A stretch of 64,000 nucleotides of DNA from an uncultured Lentimicrobiaceae bacterium. GTDB taxonomy: Bacteria > Bacteroidota > Bacteroidia > Bacteroidales > UBA4417. This document shows, piece after piece, positions 10,009 to 20,437 of this stretch; the stretch's first letter is position 1, and each line of letters starts with the position of its first letter. The DNA is taken from assembly GCA_964420555.1 (NCBI GenBank), contig CAYQTT010000014.1, forward strand, positions 23,686 to 87,685, given 5' to 3'. Made by a program: the position numbers and the translations under genes. The notes under the pieces were generated by a model. The model did no database searches. It was not told the DNA's origin and saw only the letters and a program-made list of their open reading frames with translations.

Positions 10009-10884
10009 ATGAAACAAACAGTAGCACTTGTTTTGGGTAGCGGTGGCGCTCGTGGAACAGCACATATAGGGGTAATTCATGAACTTGTAAATCGAGGGTA
10101 TGAAATAAGTTCCATTTCAGGCACTTCAATGGGGGCATTAGTAGGTGGAATATATGCATCTGGCAAATTAGACGAATATGAATCTTGGTTATGCTCCCTA
10201 AGTAAAATGGATGTCTTCAATCTGGTCGATTTCACCATGAGTAAGCAAGGCATTATTAAAGCGGATAGGGTATTAAAAGAGATAAAGAAATTCATTCCCG
10301 ACAGGCAAATTGAAGAATTACCAATCAAATTTGCTGCTGTTGCCACAGATTTAAAAAACAGAGAAGAAGTTGTAATAACCGAAGGAAGTTTGTTTGATGC
10401 CATTCGGGCTTCAATATCTATTCCGATGGTTATTACCCCTATGCAAAAAAATGACACCTTCTTTGTTGATGGAGGTGTTGTGAACCCGGTACCTGTAAAT
10501 CGTGTTTTTCGTCAGCTTAATGATATTATGATTGCAGTGAATGTAAATGCATATATCCCATATCAAAAACTTGCGGTTGATGCACCCGAATTGGCATCCA
10601 TCGAACAACTTAATACTGGCAAACTAAGTTTCTTCCAAAGTAGGTTAAACATGCTGTTTCCTGCAAGTAAAAAGGAAAGCACAGGGTATTTTAACCTGAT
10701 CGGCGAATCCTCAAGTCTAATGTTATCACAAATTACGAAGTTAACGCTTCAATTGAATCCACCCGATATGCTTATCGAAGTATCAAGAAATGCATGCGGG
10801 ACCTTTGATTTTTATAAAGCCACGGAGCTTATCGAAGCAGGGAAAGAAGCAACAAAAGAGTGTTTAGAAAAAATGACTAAATAA
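10009..10884 (+). CDS. Patatin-like phospholipase (RssA-like)
   Basis: GSGGARG, GTSMG and DGG motifs. Confidence 0.9.
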   Translation: MKQTVALVLGSGGARGTAHIGVIHELVNRGYEISSISGTSMGALVGGIYASGKLDEYESWLCSLSKMDVFNLVDFTMSKQGIIKADRVLKEIKKFIPDRQIEELPIKFAAVATDLKNREEVVITEGSLFDAIRASISIPMVITPMQKNDTFFVDGGVVNPVPVNRVFRQLNDIMIAVNVNAYIPYQKLAVDAPELASIEQLNTGKLSFFQSRLNMLFPASKKESTGYFNLIGESSSLMLSQITKLTLQLNPPDMLIEVSRNACGTFDFYKATELIEAGKEATKECLEKMTK

Positions 10885-10958
10885 GATATGGAATGCCGCT
10901 ATCAGCAATGATTTGTGCCTACCTGGAATTTAAGTTTAACAATTAATTTTAACAAAAG

Positions 10959-12002
10959 ATGAACAACAAAATAATTTTAACAGCATTAGCATCCATAGTA
11001 TTGCTTTGGTTAACAAGTTGCACCGGTAAAAAAGCCAATAACCCGGACTCAGGTCAAGGGTTTCCTGTAAAAGTTCAAAAAATTGAAAGTATGCAGGAAA
11101 ATCTGGCAAACGACTATATCGGTATTGTCGAGGAATCTGTATCTGTTCCGGTGAGTTTTCTAACTATCGGCATGGTAGAAAAAGTATATGTTGCCGAAGG
11201 ACAAAAAATAAAAAAGGGCCAGCTATTGGCAGAACTCGATAACAGCAATTACCTGAGCATGTATCTAATGTCGTTGTCGAAAGAAAAACAAGCCGAAGAT
11301 GCATTCAACAGGCTTTCTGATTTATACAAAAAAGGAAGTTTGCCGGAAATAAAATACATCGAAATCCAGACCGGTGTTGACCAGGCTCGTTCAGCTACTC
11401 AGATTGCCTTAAAAAACATGAACGATTGTAAATTATATGCCCCAATGGACGGAATTATTGGAAAACGTTCCATAGAGCCGGGGATGAGTGTAATGCCTGC
11501 TATAACTGTTTTCAAAGTGGTTAAAATCGATAAGGTATATATTAAGGTTTCTGTACCTGAAAACGAAATATCATCAGTCAAAACAGGAGACAAAGCAGAA
11601 ATCAGCGTTACAGCATTGGATAATCAACAATTTGAAGGGTCAATCGAAGAAAAAGGGGTAATGTCCAATCCATTATCACATACTTACGAAATAAAAATAG
11701 CCTTACGCAACCTGGATGAAAAGCTCATGCCGGGTATGGTTTGCAAGGTTACGATTCAGAATAACAAAGCAACGGATAAGGTAGTTGTACCTTCCAATGT
11801 CGTTCAGATAGATAAATACGGACAAAAATACTTGTATGTAGCTGATACCAACACCAACAAAGCAAAAATAAAATATGTGCAAGTTGGGTCACCGTACAGA
11901 AACGGCGTAATCGTCACTACCGGATTAAAAGCCGGCGATCAATTAATTATTGAAGGCTATCAAAAAATAAGCGAAAACACCACTATTCAAATTGTAAAGT
12001 AA
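10959..12002 (+). CDS. RND efflux periplasmic adaptor (lipoprotein)
   Basis: Lipobox LTSC, lipoyl-like GQxIKKGQLLA, hairpin and beta-barrel pattern; precedes the RND permease. Confidence 0.92.
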   Translation: MNNKIILTALASIVLLWLTSCTGKKANNPDSGQGFPVKVQKIESMQENLANDYIGIVEESVSVPVSFLTIGMVEKVYVAEGQKIKKGQLLAELDNSNYLSMYLMSLSKEKQAEDAFNRLSDLYKKGSLPEIKYIEIQTGVDQARSATQIALKNMNDCKLYAPMDGIIGKRSIEPGMSVMPAITVFKVVKIDKVYIKVSVPENEISSVKTGDKAEISVTALDNQQFEGSIEEKGVMSNPLSHTYEIKIALRNLDEKLMPGMVCKVTIQNNKATDKVVVPSNVVQIDKYGQKYLYVADTNTNKAKIKYVQVGSPYRNGVIVTTGLKAGDQLIIEGYQKISENTTIQIVK

Positions 12003-12003
12003 T

Positions 12004-15000
12004 ATGAAAAAGAAGATAGATATTGTTGCATCTGCTATGCGTCATTGGCAGATTGTATTTTTAATTACTTCGTTATTGGTGTTATTTGGTGTTTACGCGC
12101 TGTTTAATATGCCTAAACAGGAATTTCCAAAATTCACTATTCGCCAGGGATTAGTAATTGGCGTTTATCCCGGGGCTACTTCTGCAGAAGTTGAAAAACA
12201 ACTAACAACCGCTGTCGAAAGATATCTTTTCAGTTATAAAGAAATAAAGAAGGCAAAAACATATTCCCTCTCAAAGGATGGGATGATGATCGTTTTTGTA
12301 GAGTTAAATGATGATGTTAAAAATGCAGATGAATTCTGGTCAAAACTGAAACTTGGATTGAGTAGCTTCAAAGCTCAATTACCTTCGGGTGTACTGGCGC
12401 TTATTGCCAATAATGATTTTGGCGATACTTCGGCATTATTGATCACATTGGAGTCGGACAATAAAAGCTATCGCGAACTGGAAGTTTATATGAATAGGCT
12501 GGAAGACCGGCTGCGAAGAATAGAATCAGTATCAAACCTTCGCGATTATGGATTGCAGAGAGAACAGATCAGTATATACCTGGAGAAAGAAAAATTGACA
12601 AATTATGGAATAAGTTCCACTACTCTTATGGCTAACCTGTTTACACAGGGTTTTACTACAATGAGCGGTTCTATTGATAACAGCCAACTTGTTGCGCCCA
12701 TCCATGTTTCGAAATCCTACCTGAACGAAAAGGATATTGCGGAACAAATAATCTACTCCGATCCTACCGGGAATATAATCAGGCTGATGGATGTGGCACG
12801 AGTGGTAAGGGAATATCCCAGGCCAGACAGTTACATCAAAAATAACGGGAAAAAGTGTCTTTTGATTTCGATGGAAATGCAACAAGGAAACAATATTGTA
12901 CAGTATGGTAAAGATGTGAACAAGACTCTAGCGGAATTTCAAAAAGAATTACCACAAGGGGTTAATATCGAACGCGTTGCCGATCAAACAAAAGTAGTTG
13001 GTGATTCTGTAAATACCTTTCTTAAGGAACTTCTCTTTGCAATAATTGCTGTAATATTGATAACTATGGTATTATTGCCTTTCAGGGTTGCTTCTGTGGC
13101 AGCTTCTACTATTCCTATCACAATTTCTGCTTCCATAGGGATACTGTATATGTCAGGTATTGAGCTTAATACTGTAACGCTGGCTGCTCTTATCGTTGTT
13201 CTCGGAATAATTGTGGACAACTCTATAGTAATAATTGACAGCTATATGGAAATGCTTGACCATGGAATATCAAGATGGAATGCAGCTATAAGTAGCGCAA
13301 AAGGATTCTTTAAAGCAATATTTTCAGCTACACTTGCCATCACCATTACCTTTTTCCCATTTTTATTTGTACTTAAAGGGATGTATAACGAGTTTGTACA
13401 ATTATTTCCCTGGACTATTGCAATGACATTGGGAATTTCACTTCTGGTTGCTATGCTACTAATACCTTTTCTACAATATTCCTTTATCAAAAAAGGATTT
13501 CAACAATCAAAAAGGATAAGAAGAAACAATAGACGTAATTTTTTGGATATAGTTCAATCAACCTATGAAAAAGGGTTGGAGAAGGCGTTTAAATACCCTC
13601 GCATAACAATACTTTCGGGTCTTTTATCGGTGGTAATAGCTGTTATTCTATTTATGTTTATTCCTCAACGACTAATGCCTATTGCCGAACGCAACCAGTT
13701 TGCCGTTGAAATTTATTTGCCGCAAGGTAATTCGTTAAACCAAACTGCTATGGTTGCTGACAGCCTGGAGAAAATTCTACGTAAAGATGAACGTATCAAA
13801 GCTGTCACTTCCTTTATTGGTACCAGTTCTCCGCGTTTTCACACAACTTATGCGCCTAATCTGCCTGCGAAAAATTATGCCCAGTTTATTGTGAATACGA
13901 GTTCAAATAAAGCAACAGTGGAATTATTGGATGAATATTCAGGTAAATATGCAGATTATTTCCCCAACGCCCATATCCGGTTTAAACAATTGGATTATCA
14001 ACCGGTAGCGGCTCCTATTGAAATAAGAATATCCGGTGATAGTATTTCTGATTTGAAATTGACGGCCGATTCGTTGATAAAAAAAATGCGAAAAGTAGAT
14101 GGATTGGTATGGGTAAGGACTAATTTTGAAGAGATGTTGCCCGGAATGCGGGTGGATATTGATCCTGTTGAAGCCAATCGCCTGGGTATAAACAAAACTA
14201 CTGTTTCTACTAATCTGGCCTTGCGTTTTGAAGGTTTGCCAGTGACTACTATATGGGAAAATGATTATCCCTTAGCGGTAAAGTTAAAAGCCGAACGGGA
14301 AGGGGATGTAAATTATAATGAAATTGAAAATGAGTATATTCATTCGTTTATTCCCGGGATATCTGTTCCATTGCGTCAGATAGCAAAAGTAAATCCTGAC
14401 TGGAACCAGGGACAGATTGTTCGACGTAACGGCGTTCCGACAATCAGTATATATGCCGATGTGAAACGCGGAGTGAATACGAATGCTGCATTTTCGGAAG
14501 TTAAAAAAATAGCTGAAAAATACCCATTGCCGAGAGGTACAAGTATGAGTTACGGAGGTGCTTACGAATCAGATGCAGAAGCATTACCTCAGATTTTAAG
14601 TGGATTGGGGATGGCTGTATTTATTATTTTTCTAATCCTGATGATTCATTTTAAGCGAATAAACATGGCGCTATTGGTTATGTCGTCAATAAGTTTAAGT
14701 TTAATGGGAGCTGTCATAGGTGTTTTGCTGCTAAGACTTGAATTGGGTGTTACTGCCATTTTAGGTATTGTCAGCCTTATGGGTATTCTTGTACGTAATG
14801 GTATCATTATGCTCGATTACGCGGAAGAACTGAGATATAAGTATAAAAAGACGATACTTGAAGCAGCCATGGAAGCCGGAAAACGTAGAATGCGTCCTAT
14901 CTTCCTCACTTCGGCAGCAGCCTCTATGGGGGTTGTTCCCATGATATTAAGCAAAAGTGCGCTTTGGGAACCTATGGGAACTGTTATCTTTTTTGGAACA

Positions 15001-16461
15001 TTAACTTCAATGGTATTACTGGTATTTATTTTACCTGTTGCCTACTGGCTTATTTTCAAAAGAGTAGATGAAAGGAAAGAAAGAAAGAGATTAAAAGCCT
15101 TATCAAGCAGAAGAATAATAAAACCCGCTTTAATAACCATAGTTCTGCTTTTAGGATTAAATAATTTTGTTTCTGCCCAAAACAAGTATTCGTTGGAACA
15201 ATGCAAAACATTTGCCTTGCAGAATAATGCCATGATCAGGAACAGTAACCTGGAAATAGAAGCTTCAAAACAGGTAAAAGATGCGGCTTTCACCAATTAC
15301 TTCCCGAAAGTAAGTGCTACAGGAATGGCTTTCCGTTTCAACGAACCTTTGTTTAAGTATAGTATTCCAGGAGGTAATCTTCCGGTGTACGATGGTAATC
15401 CGGCCAACCTAGCAACAGCAACCCAGTTTGCATACTTCCCGGGCATTTCGCTTGCATTGCTCGACAAAGCAAACATAGCTACAATTACCGCGGTTCAACC
15501 TGTTTATGCAGGAGGTCGTATTGTTACCGGGAATAAGTTAGCTCAACTGGGGGTTGATGTAAAAAAAAGCATGCTTGTTTTGTCAAAAAACGAAGTTTTA
15601 TTAAAAACAGAGGAACAATACTGGCTCATTGTTTCGCTCAACGAAAAGATGAGAACCCTGCACATGGTTGAATCGCTCCTTGATACGGTTTACAGGCAGG
15701 CAAACGATGCTTATTCTGCCGGATTAATAAACCGTAACGATGTTATGAAAGTAACTATCAAACAAAGTGAGTTGCAGATTAACAAGATAAAGCTTGAAAA
15801 CGGCATTAAACTGGCAACGATGGCTTTCAGCCAATATGTTGGAGTTCCTTACGATTCTACTACGGTATTAAGCGATACCCTAGCCATAGGCCAAACCCCT
15901 TATGTGGTTTACATGGATGCAAGCCAAGCTTTATCGAACCGTGAGGAATACAAACTATTACAGCAAAGTGTAAAAGCCGAAGAGCTGCAAACAAAATTAA
16001 AGCTTGGAGAGTATATGCCTGAAGCAGGTGTTGGCGCAGGCGCCTTATACTACGATATACCTGATAAGGGCACAACCAATACCATGGTATTTGCATCTGT
16101 AAAGATTCCCATTTCCGATTGGTGGGGAGCTTCACACACCCTAAAGGAAAGAAAATTTAAGGAAGATATTGCCCGTAATAACAGCCAGAACAACTCGGAA
16201 CTCCTTTTGCTGCAAATACAAAAAACATGGAACGACCTTGATGAAGCCTATAAACAAATTGAAGTAGTAAATCAAACCATAAAACAAGCAGAAGAAAACC
16301 TACGGATTAACAGCGATAACTACAAGGCAGGAATTGTGAATGTTTCGGACATGCTTGAAGCCCAGGCGATGCTTCAACAGGCAAAGGACCAGATAACTGA
16401 TGCAAAGGCCAGTTATAAAGTAAAACTTGTATCCTATTTACAGGTAACCGGACGATACTAA
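12004..16461 (+). CDS. AcrB-family RND permease fused to a C-terminal TolC-family outer-membrane domain
   Basis: Residues 1 to ~1020 carry VDNSIV, VRNGI and RMRPIFLT motifs. From Q1059 the sequence is TolC-like (SLEQCKTFALQNN...). Confidence 0.88.
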   Translation: MKKKIDIVASAMRHWQIVFLITSLLVLFGVYALFNMPKQEFPKFTIRQGLVIGVYPGATSAEVEKQLTTAVERYLFSYKEIKKAKTYSLSKDGMMIVFVELNDDVKNADEFWSKLKLGLSSFKAQLPSGVLALIANNDFGDTSALLITLESDNKSYRELEVYMNRLEDRLRRIESVSNLRDYGLQREQISIYLEKEKLTNYGISSTTLMANLFTQGFTTMSGSIDNSQLVAPIHVSKSYLNEKDIAEQIIYSDPTGNIIRLMDVARVVREYPRPDSYIKNNGKKCLLISMEMQQGNNIVQYGKDVNKTLAEFQKELPQGVNIERVADQTKVVGDSVNTFLKELLFAIIAVILITMVLLPFRVASVAASTIPITISASIGILYMSGIELNTVTLAALIVVLGIIVDNSIVIIDSYMEMLDHGISRWNAAISSAKGFFKAIFSATLAITITFFPFLFVLKGMYNEFVQLFPWTIAMTLGISLLVAMLLIPFLQYSFIKKGFQQSKRIRRNNRRNFLDIVQSTYEKGLEKAFKYPRITILSGLLSVVIAVILFMFIPQRLMPIAERNQFAVEIYLPQGNSLNQTAMVADSLEKILRKDERIKAVTSFIGTSSPRFHTTYAPNLPAKNYAQFIVNTSSNKATVELLDEYSGKYADYFPNAHIRFKQLDYQPVAAPIEIRISGDSISDLKLTADSLIKKMRKVDGLVWVRTNFEEMLPGMRVDIDPVEANRLGINKTTVSTNLALRFEGLPVTTIWENDYPLAVKLKAEREGDVNYNEIENEYIHSFIPGISVPLRQIAKVNPDWNQGQIVRRNGVPTISIYADVKRGVNTNAAFSEVKKIAEKYPLPRGTSMSYGGAYESDAEALPQILSGLGMAVFIIFLILMIHFKRINMALLVMSSISLSLMGAVIGVLLLRLELGVTAILGIVSLMGILVRNGIIMLDYAEELRYKYKKTILEAAMEAGKRRMRPIFLTSAAASMGVVPMILSKSALWEPMGTVIFFGTLTSMVLLVFILPVAYWLIFKRVDERKERKRLKALSSRRIIKPALITIVLLLGLNNFVSAQNKYSLEQCKTFALQNNAMIRNSNLEIEASKQVKDAAFTNYFPKVSATGMAFRFNEPLFKYSIPGGNLPVYDGNPANLATATQFAYFPGISLALLDKANIATITAVQPVYAGGRIVTGNKLAQLGVDVKKSMLVLSKNEVLLKTEEQYWLIVSLNEKMRTLHMVESLLDTVYRQANDAYSAGLINRNDVMKVTIKQSELQINKIKLENGIKLATMAFSQYVGVPYDSTTVLSDTLAIGQTPYVVYMDASQALSNREEYKLLQQSVKAEELQTKLKLGEYMPEAGVGAGALYYDIPDKGTTNTMVFASVKIPISDWWGASHTLKERKFKEDIARNNSQNNSELLLLQIQKTWNDLDEAYKQIEVVNQTIKQAEENLRINSDNYKAGIVNVSDMLEAQAMLQQAKDQITDAKASYKVKLVSYLQVTGRY

Positions 16462-16615
16462 AAATAAACATTGAAAATTTCAAACTTAACCACAATGTGT
16501 AATGAAGTGTTGGGAAATACTATGGAGCCGTTCCTTGCAATTGAGAACATGTGCTTATTCAATTCCATGCAAAAGTCCCCAAAGTATGAATTTAAAACAA
16601 TAAATAATAAATGTG

Positions 16616-17314
16616 ATGCAAAAAATATCAGTCATAATTTGTGCCTACAACGAGGCAAACACCATAAAAGATGTTGTAACAAGGGTCTGTGATTATTTCT
16701 TTGATGAAGTAATTGTAGTAAACGATGGTTCAACGGATGATACGGATTCCGTTTTAAAGGAATTAAATCTCTTATACAATTTCAAATACATTGTTTTACC
16801 TGAAAATAAAGGGAAAGGTTTCGCAATGGCAACCGGAGTTGAAAATGCGGGCAGCGAAATAATTGTTTTTATTGACGCCGATCTATCCAACTTACAATAC
16901 GAACACTTTGCACAGTTAATAACGCCTGTGTTTAACAGAGAAGCTGATATGGTTCTTGGGCAGGCAACCGAAACCCTGATCGACTACAAAGTGAATCCTT
17001 TCAAGTCGTTTACAGGCCAAAGAGCCATGTTAAAAATAGATATTTTACCGATTTTGAAAGATATGAAAACTTCAAAATTCGGTGTTGAAACATTGATAAA
17101 CTTATACTATCAGGCTAAGGAAAAAAGGGTAAAATATGTTATGCTCGAAGACTTGATACATCCTACTAAATTTGGGAAAACAAATCAATATCAGGCAACA
17201 AAAGAATTTATTTTTGAAGGGCACCAAATAGCACTTACGGCATTCAATAATTACGGCTTAATCTCAAAAATAATAATGAATAAGTTCAAAAGGACAATGT
17301 TGGAAATAAATTAG
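16616..17314 (+). CDS. Glycosyltransferase family 2
   Basis: IICAYNE, VNDGSTD, NKGKG and FIDADL motifs; ATG at 16616. Confidence 0.9.
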   Translation: MQKISVIICAYNEANTIKDVVTRVCDYFFDEVIVVNDGSTDDTDSVLKELNLLYNFKYIVLPENKGKGFAMATGVENAGSEIIVFIDADLSNLQYEHFAQLITPVFNREADMVLGQATETLIDYKVNPFKSFTGQRAMLKIDILPILKDMKTSKFGVETLINLYYQAKEKRVKYVMLEDLIHPTKFGKTNQYQATKEFIFEGHQIALTAFNNYGLISKIIMNKFKRTMLEIN

Positions 17315-17316
17315 AA

Positions 17317-17943
17317 ATGGATACAATCTTAGTGAAAGGAATGATAATAGGAATTGTTGTATCTATTTCCTTTGGTCCGGTGGCATTTACAACTATTCAA
17401 AAAACTGTATATAGCGGCAAACTGAGGGGCTTAATTGCAGGGCTGGGCGTTACAATTGCTGATACCATTTATTCAATAGTTGCAGCATACAGCGTGAGTT
17501 CAGCTTCACACATTATCAACGATTTCCAGGTTCCGATCCGTTCAATCGGAGGCTTGATACTTTTGGCAGTAGGTATAAAAATAATAGTCGAAAAATCTTC
17601 TTCTATATCTGGTGATCTTAAAAATAATTTTAGTTCAGCCGGTGCCGATTTCTTCTCATCTTTTTTTCTTGCACTCTCAAGCCCACAGACTGTTTTAATG
17701 TTTGTCCTGCTTTTTACCACCTTTAATATTATCCCTAAGGAACCCAATAGTTTGCAGCTATTTGAACTTTATTCCGGAGTATTTATAGGAACAAGTATGT
17801 GGTGGGGATTCATAGTTTGTTCAACAGATACTTTTCGAAATAGATTGCGCTTTCATAATCTACCCTGGTTTAATAAGATAATTGGAAGTTTTGTAATGTT
17901 GTTTGGATTAATTTCAATTGCAAGCCTGTTTGTGAAAATATAA
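17317..17943 (+). CDS. LysE-family translocator
   Basis: SISFGPV start, GLIAGLGVTIAD motif, six TM segments. Confidence 0.85.
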   Translation: MDTILVKGMIIGIVVSISFGPVAFTTIQKTVYSGKLRGLIAGLGVTIADTIYSIVAAYSVSSASHIINDFQVPIRSIGGLILLAVGIKIIVEKSSSISGDLKNNFSSAGADFFSSFFLALSSPQTVLMFVLLFTTFNIIPKEPNSLQLFELYSGVFIGTSMWWGFIVCSTDTFRNRLRFHNLPWFNKIIGSFVMLFGLISIASLFVKI

Positions 17944-18126
17944 TTACAATCAGGAGGCTTAGAATATACATTTCGAATTTTAATGAAAATAAAAGAGGAT
18001 ATTAATTAAATTCTGAAAATTTTCAAATCAATTTGATCAAACAATCTATGCCTTACTATTTAACATGTAAATTCTTAATTGTAGAAATCAAAATCCTTTC
18101 AATCGTAGGCTTTTACTAAATTACAT

Positions 18127-18277
18127 ACCAAATAATAGCCTGGATGCAAGTGGCATTTCAGCAAGAGTCACCACGTTATCATCACAAAACGTAATTTGAG
18201 AAACTAAACTTTCATTTACCTCAAAACTGTTTTTGGAATATGAAACCCCACCTTTGGGGTTGCTGCTGTTATTGGGC
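18127..18277 (-). repeat. Degenerate attC-like palindromic site downstream of the T9SS hydrolase gene
   Basis: Outer pair GTTATTGGGC (18268-18277) and ACCAAATAAT (18127-18136); inner pair TGAAACCCCACCT (18241-18253) and AAGTGGCATTTCA (18148-18160); 20 bp after the stop codon. Confidence 0.5.
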
Positions 18278-18297
18278 AGCTCTTTCTTTCCCATTTA

Positions 18298-19554
18298 TTA
18301 TTCTTTCAAAAATTTTGTCTTTGATTCACCAAATGTGATGAAGTAAATTCCTTTTTTGAATGAAGATAGGTCAAAGCTTAATGTTGATTGATTCAAAGTC
18401 TGTTTTAAAAGTATTAGTTGACCAAGTGAATTATAGAATTTTAGTTCATTATTTAAAGTCATTGTTGGAAGTTTGACTGTTACAATATTTAAAGTTGGAT
18501 TAGGGAATAAAAATAAACATTTTGTAACAGGAGCATTATCGTCAATGCCTAAAACTGTCGGGCAAGAACTTGAGCGTAAATTTTGAACGCCGCTACAGGG
18601 GAATTGATATTTACTCTCAGGATATACAACTAGAGGATTGTCGGTTTGTGCCAAGTTTTTAAGTCCGGTTGGCATTGTAACCTGAGCTTCACTTCCGTTG
18701 CCCAGTGCCACATTTTTGCCAGCTAAGTTTCCTTTGAATGTATAATCGCATAATGCGTCAAGTAGTCTGTAATAGGCATAATAGTCCAATGCATCAAATG
18801 CTGAAGATGTGTTGGGAACAATATGGTCAGCTAAATATATATACCCGGAAACTGTATCAGATTTTAAAAGAATGAAATCCTTTTCCATTGGCGAAATATT
18901 TATGTTGTTATAAATATCTATAGCGATGCGGTGGTCGTTGGTTACATCATCATCAAATATTTCGGTTAAAAGTTTTGTGTTTGCTGGAAATGATTGAAGT
19001 TCTGTTTGAGAGATATTATAAGAATACCACTGTGCTAAAGCGTAAATAAATCTTCCATTTTGTCCCCAATAATTTTGGGTAAAACATTTATATGCGTTTC
19101 CAAATGATGCGCCACCACCAAAGGAGTGTCCAAGAAATCCAACTTTGGTCGTATCAATGATTTCAGGATAATCTCTTGCCGCTATACGAAAGCCATTCAA
19201 CAAATTGTCATAACGGTCGTAAACCGACACGCCTGTGGTTTGATAAGGCACAAAGACAATTGCATAACCTTTCTTTGCGACAAAATTTAGCATACCACTA
19301 ATGTTTGCCGAATTATTCCCTCCAAAGGCATGACTATAGAAGATTGTCGGAACTCTTGTCGAAATATCTGAAGGGAAATATATTTCAATATTTTTTGAAG
19401 GATAACTTGGATTAACAAAAGAAATCATTCCTACAGTATGGGATCCATCAGAGCCATAACCACTTGTTGGTTTTAAATAATTTGGGTCGTTATATTGTCC
19501 AAATGAATTAATTGAAATGCATAAAAATGCTATAAAGGAATATACTGATTTCAT
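18298..19554 (-). CDS. Secreted alpha/beta hydrolase with T9SS C-terminal sorting domain
   Basis: Signal peptide, GHSFGG nucleophile elbow, C-terminal LFPNPT...LKFYNSLGQ...KKGIYFI...KFLKE. Confidence 0.85.
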   Translation of the reverse strand: MKSVYSFIAFLCISINSFGQYNDPNYLKPTSGYGSDGSHTVGMISFVNPSYPSKNIEIYFPSDISTRVPTIFYSHAFGGNNSANISGMLNFVAKKGYAIVFVPYQTTGVSVYDRYDNLLNGFRIAARDYPEIIDTTKVGFLGHSFGGGASFGNAYKCFTQNYWGQNGRFIYALAQWYSYNISQTELQSFPANTKLLTEIFDDDVTNDHRIAIDIYNNINISPMEKDFILLKSDTVSGYIYLADHIVPNTSSAFDALDYYAYYRLLDALCDYTFKGNLAGKNVALGNGSEAQVTMPTGLKNLAQTDNPLVVYPESKYQFPCSGVQNLRSSSCPTVLGIDDNAPVTKCLFLFPNPTLNIVTVKLPTMTLNNELKFYNSLGQLILLKQTLNQSTLSFDLSSFKKGIYFITFGESKTKFLKE

Positions 19555-19961
19555 ATTTTCTTTTTTGTTAGACGTTAATGCATTTCAAAGGTTTAATTTT
19601 CTAATTCTGGTTAGTCTTCTTAGGTTTCTGAGTGAATGCAAAAAGATGAAGACAACTTGCTCTGTGTCATAACATATGGAGCTAAGACTTCCCAAAACCA
19701 GCCATAATTACCAGTAGATATTTTGTTTTATTTCCCATTCTATTTGTTTTCGGATAAACAAATGTTATGGTCTCTTTTATCTCCCCCAAAAATCATTTTA
19801 TTTTCTCCAGATAACTAACCTAAAGCAAGGAATAACTCGTTCTCATTAAGCTATTTTGATTTTTTCGGGTGGGAAACACATATTTCCCCATTGTCTTTCC
19901 GGACTGCACAAAAAATCTACAATTTATCCAATACGATCTCTTATCATCTGATTACTGTTAT

Positions 19962-20210
19962 TTAGTTCTTTTCATTTAAAATCGTTTCAATATAATTTGC
20001 TAAAGAACCGACTGCTCTTAATGCTTTTGTAATATCATCAGGTATTTCAATACTGAACGCATACTCTGTGTTCATCAGAATCTGTACACAGTCAATGGAA
20101 TCTACTTCTAAACTTTCGAAGCTTGATTCAGGAGTTACACGTTCTATAGGAATTCTTAATGTTTTGCTTATTATTACACGTATTTTCCCAATTATTTCCT
20201 GTTTTGTCAT
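19962..20210 (-). CDS. Acyl carrier protein 3
   Basis: SLEVDSID motif with Ser and FSIEIPDD; probable start at ATG 20210. Confidence 0.85.
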   Translation of the reverse strand: MTKQEIIGKIRVIISKTLRIPIERVTPESSFESLEVDSIDCVQILMNTEYAFSIEIPDDITKALRAVGSLANYIETILNEKN

Positions 20211-20437
20211 GTGTTTAATATTATAAATCCCGACAGCCAATTTAGTGTAGGTTATTGCTGGGCCTTGTTTTTTACTCCGTTTATTCGTTTACTATAAGAC
20301 AAATATTGCAGACTCTTTTGTATATCCAGAAAAGCACTTTGTTTTCCATTTTCACCAATCTTATTTTTTATCTTCAGATTATCCTATTTTGTTGAATCTC
20401 ATTATATTCCCAGACTGAAAACTGGGGCAATAATTTG

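Noticed and set aside
15068-15094. Separate tolC start at the out-of-frame ATG in the RND linker
   Set aside because: That frame stops after eight codons (MKGKKERD*); two compensating errors would be needed.
12532-16135. Antisense ORFs within the RND-TolC gene, and similar shadow ORFs over the RM, virE, integrase, copA and heptaheme genes
   Set aside because: They fully overlap well-supported genes on the other strand or frame and show no motifs.
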